Shown here: in pieces, positions 25,101-37,647 of the stretch
How the letters are laid out: the number at the start of each line of letters is the position of its first letter
Numbering within the stretch: position 1 is the stretch's first letter
From: Ylistrum balloti
Taxonomy: Eukaryota
NCBI RefSeq assembly: GCF_031769215.1
Contig: NW_026782303.1
Location: forward strand, 372,001 to 436,000
Direction: 5' to 3'
Length of the DNA stretch: 64,000 bases
Translations under genes and position numbers: made by a program
Notes under the pieces: generated by a model
Database searches by the model: none
What the model was told of the DNA's origin: nothing
Seen by the model: only the letters and a program-made list of their open reading frames with translations

Positions 25101-28100
25101 GAACTCCTTCTTTTCTTGTGGAACTCACTCTAATTTTGAGAACCCAATATATATCTCTTTGTAACTGGACTCTTCACAATTTTGGGATTGATCACTGATA
25201 ATATGTACAACGTGGCTTATATAGATTCATTTGTGTTTATTTCAAAGAACGAAGGAATTTAAACCTTAACACAATTAATCAATTTCAATCATGTCAACAA
25301 ACAATATTTTTTCAGTGAAAATTTCATATGTAGTAAACAATGGAGATTTTTCTGTTAACAAGATATTTTCTTTCATTCAGAATCCACAGAGTCTTCAATA
25401 GATTTCAACAATTCCTGACAAAATGAAAGTTTCAGAACATACCTAACTAGGGATAACACATGGTAAAATGTTTATGTTATAATGATGAGTTCAGTGAAAT
25501 TAACCTAAATACTTAGCGACTTTTTCATTTTTCAAATAACATATAGATATAGTAAAATGTTTATATCATATGTAACGAATTCAGAGGAAATAAATATAAA
25601 TATAAACTTTATTCAATTTTCAACAATTATGAAACAAGCTTTCAACTTATATGAATTGCTCTTGTTGGCCCAGATGGAAGCACACAAGAAGTCTTGCTGT
25701 TGGAGGTAAACCCATGTGGTTTGGCAGGTGACCCCATACCTTTTCACAGCCATTTCGGGAATGGGACTCCAAACAGCTAGGTGAAAGATGAGTACATTAC
25801 CACTGCGCCACCCAACCACCTCTAGGTGAAAATATTTACTGAATACTTTAGTGACCTTTTCATTTTTCCAAACAACAAAATAAGTGTTACCTACAGATGA
25901 TTGTGAAATCTTTTACATACAACATTACATAATCAGATCCAAACAAAAGGACTTCTGGATAGAAAAAAATCACCTTATTCACAAGAAAGTGAGATTCCAT
26001 TCGACAACCTTCAGTGCTTTCTGTAGTCAATTCAAACTTCTGTGTATTATCCTGGAAACCCACTTCATGTCTCCCCATGTCATCCTGAATATCTAGTCCA
26101 AGATCTGAGGGAAAATCATCAATCAAGTCTTGAGGATAAACAATCAAATTATGAAAACAGCATTACTCATATCTACATACAGTGCACAGCAATAAACCTT
26201 ACAATCAGCCCAGGTCTAATAAAATGGCCACCAAAATCTATTAAAGCCTTGTATAACAATGCTACTAGATGTTATCCAGTAATGTTTAATAATTGTCCTG
26301 TAATACTATATCATTGTCTTGTAATGCTGTATCATTGTCCTGTAATGCTGTATCATTACCCTGTAATGTTGTAGCATTGTCCTGTAATACTATATCATTG
26401 TCCTGTAATACTGTATCATTGTCCTGTAATACTATATCATTGTCCTGTAATACTGTATCATTGTCCTGTAATACTGTATCATTGTCCTGTAATACTGTAT
26501 CCTTGTCCTGTAATACTGTATCATTGTCCTGTAATACTGTATCATTGTCCTGTAATGCTGTATCATTGTCCTGTAATACTGTATCCTTGTCCTGTAATAC
26601 TGTATCATTGTCCTGTAATACTGTATCATTGTCCTTTAATGCTATAACATTGTCCTGTAATACTATATCATTGTCCTGTAATACTGTATCATTGTCCTGT
26701 AATACTGTATCCTTGTCCTGTAATACTGTATCATTGTCCTGTAATACTGTATCATTGTCCTGTAATGCTGTATCATTGTCCTGTAATACTGTATCCTTGT
26801 CCTGTAATACTGTATCATTGTCCTGTAATACTATATCATTGTCCTGTAATGCTATAACATTGTCCTGTAATACTGTATCATTGTCCTGTAATACTATATC
26901 ATTACCATGTAATACTATATCATTGTCCTTTAATGCTATAACATTGTCCTTTAATGCTATAACATTGTCCTGTAATACTATATCATTGTCCTGTAATACT
27001 ATAACATTGTCCTGTAATACTGTATCATTGTCCTGTAATACTGTATCATTGTCCTGTAATACTGTATCATTGTCCTGTAATACTATATAATTACCCTGTA
27101 ATGCTGTAACATTGCCCTGTAATACTGTATCATTGCCCTGTAATAAGCCCGTTCTTTTCTTAAAGTCAATGGTTTTTGTATAACCCCACGTTGATTTATG
27201 ACATGAAAAATGAATAAGATTTTCAAAATTCTGTTTACTTGTACAAATCATACGATCACAAAAGCTTTTATATTATCAATGGTTCATATTTCCAACCTCA
27301 CATGTAGATAACATTGACTGAATCAGTGTCAATATAAATTTTAAAACTGTTTGAAAAGTAATCAACTTTAGCATATGGTGATAAATTATTCAATTCTATG
27401 ATAACTGATAGACTGCGCTTGTCATATATAACATTTTGTTATCATATGTATGTTTTTAAATCTTATAATGGAATTGGGTCATTTAAGTCAATACATTAAG
27501 TTACTACATTACCTCCAATGAGAACTTTTAAATACAGGCAATATCAATAAATAAATACACAGTTTCTTGTTAAATCATATACTTTTCTGGTTTTATTCTT
27601 TAGTACTCACATTCACATTTGAGGTTAGGGAGGGTGATGTTGAGAAACACTGGAATCTTTTCTGAGTGTTTTACTGGATCCTCAACAGTTAGCTCACTTA
27701 CTCTGTAAAAAAAGGTGAAAATTTAACAAAAAAATCACTTATATCAGAATTAGGAAGCTATGTTATTATTTATGCCCACTTCTAACAGACAGTTCCCTCA
27801 TACCAAATATGGTAACTTATGTGTAACAAATTTCTTTTGATGACCGAGGTCAGACAGTGGTTGAAATATAGGCCCCACTTCTGCATATTTATTGCTCAGC
27901 AACAAGGTGTTTAAGGGTTGTTTTTTTTTTAGTTTTTTCAATAGTTTACAAGCCTAAAAACTTTGAATCCTGGGCATATCATTCAAGTCACATTGAACAA
28001 AATAATGTCATCATTTTAGCATGGAACATTCAGGTAAAAACTTTTGCACAACTATAATTAGATTGGTCTCCTATTTTTCTATGAAGGTATATTTCAATTA

Positions 28101-31100
28101 TTTTTATTACAAATTCAATATATTTTAATTTCCAGAGCAACCAAGAATCCAATTCTGAACATATTATGTACCAATCTCTAAAAACTTGTCAAATTCACTT
28201 CAACATAATAAAATTATCATGTTTGTATCATACTAACGTTTCATGACTTATAAAGAGTGACAATTCAGACAGAAACAGAAAAAGTATAAACAGGACACTG
28301 CTGATAGAGATACAGGCTCCGGTTATGGTCGGCTGGGTCAAGTCCTTAGGAACCTTTCGGTAGATGTCAAACCTAGAAAAAAACAGAAAAAAGAATTCAA
28401 TCAATTATATCACATACCCAATTGATTCAGATAAAATATTCTGGTATAGTTATTGTAGAAGACACATCCTGCCAGGCTCTCCTGCAGGAATTGAACCTGG
28501 ATCCTTCAGGTGATAATCCACAGCACCACAGCCAATGAAACATTCTGCATATCAGCGAGAATGTTTAACATGATGTTAACTTTACAACTGCCCCTCAGTT
28601 TGTTGATATTTTGATTTTTATTTGCACTGAAATATTTTCAAAAACAAATAGTGCTGAGGAATGCCATGTTGACTCGAGAGAAAATGTAAGGTCTGCTTTT
28701 GTAAGTCAATAACATTCTTTTGAAAAGATACTTCTAATTTACACTTTCTAATATTTCTACCATAATGGTTAACTTGAGTTAACAGGATTGTGAACCTTAG
28801 AATTAATACAAAGTAAATCCAGTGTCCTGGGTTCAAGGTTCAAGATTTTAGTACCACTCAGACACATATACAATATGGGTTACATATGGAACATATTTAT
28901 GCAAATAATAAGTTGCAAGTATGATGTTGGGAAAACAGACCTTTTTTCCGGGGATTGTTCTTTGTCATGAAGTACTGATGAGAAATTGGTTCAAAATTGT
29001 AACTGATTCTTGCTTAAAATTTGACAGGCTTTTTATACGTAGTTAATACATTACATAGTCAGCTGACCGTGTGTTCAACATCCATAGAAAGTGAATGAAT
29101 TCTTTGTTGAAGTCATATAAACAAAAATACCTCACTTATAATTTGCAAAAGAATGAATACATTTGGCAAATGGCATCTTTATTATGCATATAAATATGGA
29201 TTTTGTTTTTGCTAAATTACAAGGAAATCTTAGGTACCAATGATTAATCATAAAAAATTAGAATGGATCATTATATAAATGAGGTTAATCCATTGCATAA
29301 TCAATTATATCCAATTATCCTCCCATCTCTATCAAAAAGTGGGTTTTTTAATCAGTCAATGAAAAAGTTTTTTGGCCTCCCTTTTAGTCTTTACCAAAAT
29401 CCTTGATTGACAACTCTTAAGTGAGTTTGGCAGTTACATACTGGGTGCTGTTTTGAATATGACACCATATTCATTAGTGTCAAGTAAGGAAATAAACCCA
29501 TGCCCCTGTTAACTAAACACTTTCTATATTGACAAAAAGAAATGAGGTATCCAATTTTGTAATTATACATATCAAATATCAAGCACACAAACAGAGCATA
29601 TTTATTGATGCAGATCTTACATGTTGTTAAGTGTGTTGTATTTACTTTCGTTAAATATTGGGCGATTTGGTAGAAAGTTAAAGTTCATGTATACTATATA
29701 TAGTTTGCGAAACTGATTCTTAACCAGGAAACATTTCCTCAAATTTAGTACTTGATACAACAAACCATCACACATGGGTAAGATACACTGTTTGTATTCA
29801 AGAAGATGACAGTAGTAAGAAATAACACATTTGCTACCATAAATATCCTATTGTAGTCTTGGAGAATTATGTAGGAGATTAATTTCACTATCTTAATATC
29901 CATGTAGGCAAATTGTAGGTTTGAGAATTATTTTCCTGATCCATGTACCTTCATGTATCTTATGTATGCATTAATATGTATGTAATACATGTATGTCACA
30001 AATTCATACACCCGAGGAAAATTTACCCTGCCTGATAACTTCCGTGTATTTGGTGTAACCCTAATACATCAATTCTCATGTTTACAGCAATGTCTTATAT
30101 CTGTCAAGGCTTCTTTAAATGGTAATTTTACAATATAGACTCTATTGATATAGAGCAGTGCTAGACCGAATTTCCTCCGACTCCTCCACCAGACAGAAGA
30201 CAGACAGATGCATGGTATAAACAGACTGATAGATATATCTTTCCATCAAAATGTCTATAGTCCGATGTAGGAGTCAGAGGAAACTCAGGCTAGGTAAAAT
30301 TAATTTTAATATTTAAAGATTTTACACAACCTTTACAATAAAATTCATTACTTCAGACATCATGTATCATTATGACTTGTAAATCAAATAAAAAATATTC
30401 TGTCAATGTCCTGTCTGTTCGGGCCTTTTTTACCTGTTTTTTCCCCACATGACAAGAAATTTCAATACTACAACATTAAGACATAAATCATACAGTTATA
30501 TATGACAGCTAATGATATGTGTATATGTATTTACAAACATCATGCTTCCACGTATCTTATACATAAGTCATCTATATATTTTAGTTAGGTTGACCAGGTG
30601 TATTGTCTATCTAGTAACACTGCCTCATATTTGCATCTAGATGCTAATCTTCCCAATTTTACCTTCAAATGGTAAATTTTACATTTTACATACTTGCTTT
30701 CAGTTTCACATGGATATGAAATTATTTTGCAATGTAGACAGGTTAAATAAACAATAATGCATCATTCCCTTACCATACATTATTTTATTAAGTTGTTTAA
30801 GTCTTTAGCCATCCTTCCCCTTCCCAACTTCAACTTTGCATAGTGATTTTGTTATGATACTCGTTTGAATACCTGCTGAGTTTATTTAAAATTGATGTCA
30901 AGCTGTTTAATGTCGCATTTAAGTTAATACAAAATCCAAGCAGTATTAGAGTATACTTTACTGCTATCCAGAAATCCCTTTCTGGCAAATATCTAGAAAT
31001 TCAGTAAAACCTTTTTAAAATTTATTTTTGGATTTTTCATTTGATGATATTAGATTCTGATCAATTTACTTTTATTGTCCATTGCTAATGGTTAAGACGA

Positions 31101-34100
31101 AAATGTGAAACAATATTTTTTTCCAAAAAATTTCTATAAATTGAGTGTATTTCTTTTTTAATGACAAACATACTTTCTGTATAGAGCCTCTCATCAAAGT
31201 AGATTTTCCAGAAAATTTTCGAAAATTGATATTTTATAACATTTTAGAAATAGGTCCCTTCAGACCCCTTTGACCTCCCTGTTACTGCAAGAAGGCAGAT
31301 TATTTTCCAAATATTTCAAATACTCTTTGAAAATTTTTAAAATCATTTCCAAGATTTTATATGCAGTCCCAATTTCTTTATAAACTTATCAGGTATCATC
31401 ACATGATGATAATGTGTCTGTGTTATTCTGCAGGCAATATAAATCATTATCGTTGATTTACTGCAATAGGTTATATATACTAACATATGGAATATTGCAT
31501 TAAAAAATGAAAATGTTAACTTATACATATCTATCCTGTTCAATTGTATATTGTAATTTGACCTTGAATATATTGCAGTTGAGTGTAGGCTAATCTTTAC
31601 ACCCTAGTTCACTCCTTGTGCACGAGGAAAAGACTTATAGTTCATAAGGAAAAGATTATAGGTAAATATAATTCAAACTTTCAAATATATATTAGATATT
31701 ATTGCTTTATTTCATTTGCACTAGGATCCAAAATCAGATCAGGGGTTGCCAGCGTCCCCACTTCCCTTCACATCCTGTTCTTTTGAACTAGTATTAACTG
31801 TTCATTGTACGACTGGTAAATATTGAGCATCTGGTTACCTTGACCAATCCACAGAGCAATTAACTAATCAGTTTCACCATTGTTAGGTTGTTAATCTCCT
31901 ACTGGCAGTACTGGGGATCAGCAAGATTGTGTGCACACACTGTACAATGTATATCTCTTGTAACTAGCCAACCATATAAACTGAAGGTAAAATGTGAGAG
32001 GCTTGACCAAGTTAAATCAGCAAAAAGAGATCCCAGAGGGATCTTGGCACCCAATATTGTTTGATCTTTTCACTTCTTTTGTCTTCCCTGTTTTTGTTCT
32101 TAATGATAAGAAATTTGAACATTCCTTAGCGGAAATAGCAATGATAGTCATTACCTACCAAATCCAAGATAGTTGTCTGGAAACCATTTTGTTTTTTTTC
32201 TGATTAGTCCCAAAATCAAGCTGGCACACATATAGACCAAAGGGAACATGAAATTTAAGAGAGAGATCCATTCATTACATCTTAAGTAATGGGGATAACA
32301 ATCTTTACTACACAAAATCCAAGATGGCTGCCTGTTGGCCTTTGGTTTTTTTTATCAGTACGGAAATCACATGAGCACAACTAATGATCCAGGGAAACAT
32401 ACAAATGAAATTAACGATTTTACCTGTAGCAGAACCCCCAGCTTATAAAATGAAGAGGTCTCTGTCACTTTATGTAGCTGTCACATTACATATAAATTTC
32501 ATTTCCATTGTATTGATTGATAAATGACATCTATCTAAATCATCAAACTTGGGTACTATGATCAAGTAGCTATTTCTAAATATAAACAGTTGACCATAAC
32601 ACAATGATATATTTCAATAAGTTTTTATTCATTTCTGTTTTAAATCAAATAATTTAAATATAAAATTCACTTTCTTATATCTATTTATCATAAACTTTTT
32701 ATTACTCATTTGAGAATTTCCAGTAAATAATGCTATCAAATAATTAATATCATAACAATGTAAACTCTGCTAATTATATAATCTCTCCTCCAAATAGGAT
32801 GGCTTTCATTCATCACAGATCTTTATTTCCTATTTAATCTATGTTTTTCCAAGTAATAATTATCATCACTAGTTAAATTTTTTGCTATTCAAATTATTTT
32901 TGTTTTGAATTATGAAATGGATAATTATTTACGTTAGAATAAAAAAAACAAGGTCACTGTCACAACTGTAGGATAAGTATACAGTTAAAGACTTCTGACA
33001 TCACACAGATAGCCATAGGCACTGTCTATTACCTATATTGGGGGAGAAAGCTCCATCACCTGTACCAGGTCTAGTGTACAAATAATTAACCTGTTGTCTA
33101 AGCCTCGTCTAAATAAACATAGTCTTCATCTTGTGCACTATAAGTGCATTATAGGTGTAAATATTATGGATAAACGTATTAACCCAGACAATGTCCGCAA
33201 TGAATATGGTACAAGATTATTGAATTTGTGTAAAGCTACAGGTCTGAGGATACTGAATGGCAGAGACCCAGAAAAGTTATCAAATGGTTTTACTTTTAAT
33301 GGTACAAATGGCATGAGCACGATTATCTTATAGCGAACCCTGTACTTTTCCCGCATATTAAAACTTTTATTGTATGTAACTTCAATGAATATTCTGACCA
33401 CGCCCCCCTGCACGTAGAACTACGTGTGAGGGTATCGCGGGATGCGCCCATCACAGACGAGTCAATTGGTGTAAGTAGACCAACATATAAATGGAATGAA
33501 CAATGTAAAGTACAATGCTTAGTTGCAATCAGGGAAAATATAGACAAGATTAATCAGGTTGCTACTATTGACGGGGAGACAACACAAGAGGCCATAAATT
33601 CCAGTGTTTACAAATTCACACATGAACTATTACAAATACTATCACCGTTTACTACGAGGTCACGCGGGTCATCACGTGACAGCGCGACAAGGTCATCGGA
33701 CAAATCCATTCCACGTGCACGAGTTCACCAAGATAATAAGCCCTGGTTCGACAGGCAGTTGCGTGCTTTGAGGAGAGAATACCTGACTGCATTGAATAAT
33801 TTTAATAGAAATAAATGTGATGTAACCCATGAACTTTTAATAAGAAGGAAACGGGAATACAAACGTTCTGAAGCCGCATGTAAAAGGCAATATAGGAAGT
33901 TCGAGGGAGATATGATGGAACACTTACGGAAAACCAATCCACGATATTTTTATAAAAAATTCTCAACTACAAAATCCGATGTTTCAAATGTGTCGTTGGA
34001 TGACTTTTTTAATCACTTCAAGGATTTAGCCATGAATCTTGATCCGCCGGATAATGAACGTTTAGAGGATAATGTTGATATGAACACCGTCTTTGATGAG

Positions 34101-37100
34101 CTTGACCGTAGTATATCTAGGGACGAAATTAAAAGCGCTATTAAGCATCTAAAACGTGATAAAGCGCATGGTTTAGACGGTTTATTAAACGAATATTTTA
34201 TTGAAGCTGGTGACATTTTACTACAAGCCTTACACACTATTTTTAATAATGTATTTAACTCTGGATGTTTCCCTGAAGAATGGTCTAAAGCGGTGATGGT
34301 CCCGGTGTTTAAAAATGGTGATAAAAACGATCCTAATAATTATCGTGGAATAAGTCTCCTGAGCTGTATGGCGAAACTTTTTACATCTGTACTGAACAAA
34401 AGACTAGCAGACTGGTCGGAGGCGAATGACATTATCACAGATGCACAGTTTGGCTTTCGTCCTGGAACAAGTACGGTTGACGCCATTTTCGCGCTTCATG
34501 CCATTATTACAAAATCTCTAAATGATAGTAAACGTTTGTATTGCTGTTTTGTTAACTACAAGAAAGCGTTGGACTCTGTCAATCGTTGTAAATTGTGGTA
34601 TAAATTGTCAAAATTAGGAGTTCGAGGAAGGCTGTTATCAATTTTGAAAGCTATGTATAAAAAAGTTATGACATGTGTCTCATCTAAGGGAAGATGTTCA
34701 GATTTTTTTGTAAACAATATGGGTCTCGCCCAAGGGGAAATTTTATCCCCAATTATGTTTTCAATGTATGTAAATGATTTTGAAAATGACTTTATTACTA
34801 ACGGTATTAGGCCGTATGATTTTGGAGAACTCAGTCTCTTTTTATTAATGTATGCGGATGATTTGGTGCTACTTGCAGAATCAGCCAATGAGCTACAGAA
34901 TATGTTAATTAGTTTGTCTATATATGCGAATACATGGAAATTGACCATTAACACGGCAAAAACTAAGATTGTTGTCTTTAGAAATGGAGGCCGCTTACGT
35001 AATAACGAGAAATGATTCTTCGATGGAAACAAATTAGAAGTCGTTGAACAGTTTACTTATTTAGGTATCGTTTTTAAATGGAACAATAAATTTAATGTTG
35101 TACAAAAGCAATTATCCGGGCAAGGTCGAAAGTCAGTATTTGCCTTATATACAAAATGTAAAAATTTGAATTTAAACTGCCATACCTTGATTAAACTTTT
35201 TGATACATATGTTAACAGTATACTGTGTTACGCATCTGAGGTATGGGGCTCGTGCAAAGGCATAGATATTGAGAAAGTTCACCTGGAATTTTGCAAAAGG
35301 ATATTATGTGTTAAGAAGTCAACATGCAATGTAATGATCTATTTTGAATTGGGTAGATTTCCAATTGTACATACCAGACATTATAATTTAATTAAATACT
35401 GGTTCAAGCTTTTAAATACTAAGAACTGTGTTCTTAAAACTGCTTATGATGAACTCATGTATATGCCACAGCGAAATACTGTTTTTAATTGGGTAACTTT
35501 TGTGAAAGACAAACTTTTTTTAATCGGTCTTGGCGAAGTGTGGTTGAATCAACACAATGTGAACCCGTCTGTTGCCCTGCCAATTGTTAAACAGAGAATC
35601 CTTGATAATGCACGGCAAGAATTGTTTGAAATATTAGAGAATTCCTCGAAATGTTTTTTGTATAGACATTTAGTTGATAATTTAACATTGCAACAATATT
35701 TATGTAAATATATACCAAAGCGAAATAGAACTGCTCTAACTAGATTACGTTTATCAGCGCATATGCTGTATAGTGAAACCGGGAGATACCGAAACATTGT
35801 TAGAAATGAACGCATATGCAGAATTTGTAATTCTGAAGATATTGAAGACGAATATCATTTTTTGTTTATTTGTCCATTTTATCAAGCTTTAAGAGAGAGA
35901 CGTATAAAATTGTATTACTGGAAAAAACCATCAGTTTTCAAGCTGATACAATTATTGAGTACAACGAACTTTAAAGAATTAACTATGTTAAGTAAATATA
36001 TATATGATGCCACCCAGTTGAGGAATAGCATGATATAATGTTAAAATATATGTAACTACATGCATTTTCTGTCCATTCTCCACTGCGGTATTGCATTGCC
36101 TGCCACTGTATTTATATGTATTGTGTACATACTGATGAGCTGTAAAGCTCAAAGTCAATAAATGAATTTGAATTTGAAATATTACAATACACTCAACTGA
36201 CACATCTTAAAACACATTGTGTGGTTGTCAAAATTATTCCTACATTATGTAGACTTTTATATACACATTGTATGCGTCTAGCAGTCATCAGAAGTTGACA
36301 GAATGGCAGAATAATTTAGACTTATTATATGAGTGATTTCTTAAAGCAAAAAGTCATGGAAATGATTAGTAAGGATCGACAAAACAAATGCAGACTACAT
36401 TATTGTTTACATACAAAAATGTAGATATTATTAAAAATTAAAGGTACATATTTTGATTAAAACATGTAGACTTAGAATCAGTTCATTTTTTATGGAAAAA
36501 TAGCACTTGGTATGATTTACATGTGGACTGAGCAGGAACATTTGGAATATTAAACTGAAGACATTATGATGGTGGGAAAGTCAAATTGTTCAACAAATTC
36601 AGATGTATTTTAGATTGAATTTTGGTTGAATAAAGTTTGTGAATGTATAGGGTCAAATTCCCCTTTTTTAAATGCACTTACTGGGCTGGAAAATTGTGAT
36701 AGGTTCCAGTACACATGTATACCACATAAACAAACTTGCATTGGTGTAAGAACAATCAATTTACATGTAGATCATATATCTGTCGTATTGGATGCATGTA
36801 TGTTGTATGTGATATCAATCACCTTTTGTTTCAAAGTTATCGGAGGAAATGCTTTTTGAATTAGGAGTATGAAATAAATTTTATGCTATTTTAAGAGTAC
36901 AATGATAAAATACTAAGAAAAATTAGAAATGTCGTAAGTCCGTATAGCCAGCAGGTAAGTAACACGTATGCAGATCGCGAGAGCGAGACGTGATGATAGT
37001 ATATAATCAGTCGGACTTACAGACCCGTCCAGGGTCAAAGCGGCTATCGCAATTGCTTGCACGCATATCAGCAAATGTAGGGGACTGAATTGGTAACGAT

Positions 37101-37126
37101 ACATACCTCCGAATGTCGAACTGCAT
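19113..37126 (-). CDS. ERGIC1: Endoplasmic reticulum-Golgi intermediate compartment protein 1 (ERGIC-32), 292 aa, 9 exons
   Basis: Exons 37126-37107 (MQFDIRR), 28372-28238 (FDIYRKVPKDLTQPT), 27702-27611, 26104-25974 (LGLDIQDDMGRHEVG), 24998-24885 (IPGNFHVSTH), 24324-24270, 23867-23767 (HDYIVKIVPTVYED), 20802-20680 (PAIWFRYDLSPITV), 19220-19113 (ICAIVGGTFTVAGILDS...GKQS*). All introns are GT-AG, phases are consistent, and the CDS is 879 nt. Confidence 0.97.
20370..20545. mobile_element. HINE-like repeat fragment
   Basis: Begins AAAACTAGATG and contains AAAGCCCATAACTCTG and ATGCCAAATTTCAGTTCAATT, motifs typical of bivalve Helentron-associated repeats (recalled pattern). Confidence 0.35.
21464..23702. 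repeat. 18-bp minisatellite with variant repeats (~2.2 kb) in ERGIC1 intron 7
   Basis: Units ACCAGACACAGGCTTAT(A/T), ACCAGACAAAGGTTTACA, ACCAGACACAGGC(C/T)CATT and occasional 16-bp variants. Generates the NQTQAY/GNKPVS/SLCLVI ORFs. Confidence 0.97.
25701..25820 (-). mobile_element. tRNA-derived SINE, diverged copy of the family at 44466-44625
   Basis: Minus strand has the A box TGGCGCAGTGG, then TTTCACCTAG and GGGTCACCTGCCAAACCACATGGGTTTACCTCC, colinear with the 44.5 kb copy. Confidence 0.7.
26293..27144. repeat. 21-bp minisatellite (~40 copies) in ERGIC1 intron 3
   Basis: Unit TTGTCCTGTAATACTGTATCA. Produces the (LQDNDTV)n and (SCNTVSL)n ORFs. Confidence 0.97.
28474..28530 (-). mobile_element. 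tRNA-SINE head fragment
   Basis: Minus strand has CCAGGTTCAATTCCTGCAGG (B box GGTTCRATTCC), preceded by GGCTGTGGTGCTGTGG. Confidence 0.35.
30162..30292. mobile_element. 131-bp MITE with ~33-bp imperfect TIRs and TAG...CTA termini (Academ-like ends)
   Basis: Left TAGACCGAATTTCCTCCGACTCCTCCACCAGAC; right GTCCGATGTAGGAGTCAGAGGAAACTCAGGCTA is an imperfect reverse complement. No clear TSD. Confidence 0.65.
32021..32450 (+). mobile_element. Helentron-associated (HINE)-like non-autonomous element
   Basis: Terminal palindrome AGAGATCCCAGAGGGATCTTGGCACCCA and repeated internal AAATCCAAGAT(A/G)G(T/C)TG(T/C)C subunits. Confidence 0.5.
33167..36176 (+). mobile_element. 5'-truncated non-LTR retrotransposon (APE C-terminus + RT + C-terminal CCHC-type motif; RTEX/L2-like, clade tentative), inactivated, antisense in ERGIC1 intron 1
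   Basis: Endonuclease tail NEYGTRLLNLC...NGR...DY...SDHAPL; RT motifs NYRGISLL, QFGFRPG, QGEILSP, YADD (34851-34862); C-terminal RLSAH..ETGRY..RICRIC..EDEYHFLFIC. Lesions: frameshift at ~33321 and in-frame TGA at 35013-35015. 3' end has AATAAA plus (TGAATT)n. Candidate TSD AAATATTA at 33159-33166 and 36177-36184. Confidence 0.95.
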
Positions 37127-37260
37127 CTTGCAACGATATTTGACGTTTACAGCTGGCAGGCGAAAATGTGCCAACCGGTAGATTTGGAACGGAAGTTACG
37201 TGTGGTGTGTCTGGTGAATTTGATTGGTTAAAAAGGAAAACGAAAGTAGGCTTGATAAAG
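37127..37260. promoter_or_regulatory. ERGIC1 promoter, probably bidirectional
   Basis: CpG-richer region upstream of the ERGIC1 ATG with an ETS-like CGGAAGT (37190-37196) and a reverse CCAAT (GATTGG, 37222-37227). Plus-strand splice donors follow at 37260 and 37380. Confidence 0.5.
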
Positions 37261-37525
37261 TATGTGAAATGTAGTATAAATGTTTCAAAAATACATATTA
37301 GTTGTGATTATCACTTACATATCTTATATTTACATCTGTTATGATGATAAATGACAAAACATAAAGAAAATTATGACAGGTAAGCAGGAGTGCGTATTTT
37401 GTAGGAGTTATGTCCCCTAGAACTTCTTGCAGGGGTGGTACTGAAGAAAAAACCCCACAAAATTCAGTGAGAGATGTATTTGTATGTACCTTTCAATGAT
37501 CTTTCTTTCTTTTTTCTTTTTACAG

Positions 37526-37647
37526 ATTTTCAGAACATCTTTGATTGAAAACGAAATACACATTCCTTTTTTTCTTATTTACGTTGTACAAAATTTCGAC
37601 AAAACTGACCGTCTAGGTTCTTGTGAACATTTTTTTAATCAAACGTG
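37526..37647 (+). other. Non-coding internal exon of a transcript divergent from ERGIC1
   Basis: Long pyrimidine tract CTTTCTTTCTTTTTTCTTTTTACAG| and donor CGTG|GTAAGT; upstream donor ACAG|GTAAGC at 37380 gives a 146-nt intron. No usable ATG-initiated frame. Confidence 0.5.

Noticed and set aside
35013-35015. In-frame TGA as possible selenocysteine or programmed readthrough
   Set aside because: It lies in a retrotransposon that also has a frameshift, at a position where Trp (TGG) fits the context. No SECIS is evident.
33138-35815. Minus-strand ORFs overlapping the LINE (for example 34556-35032)
   Set aside because: Antisense shadows of the RT reading frame with no independent motifs.
5715-37126. 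Minor (U12) introns in the reconstructed genes
   Set aside because: All donors are ordinary GT(A/G/T)-type; none matches RTATCCTT.
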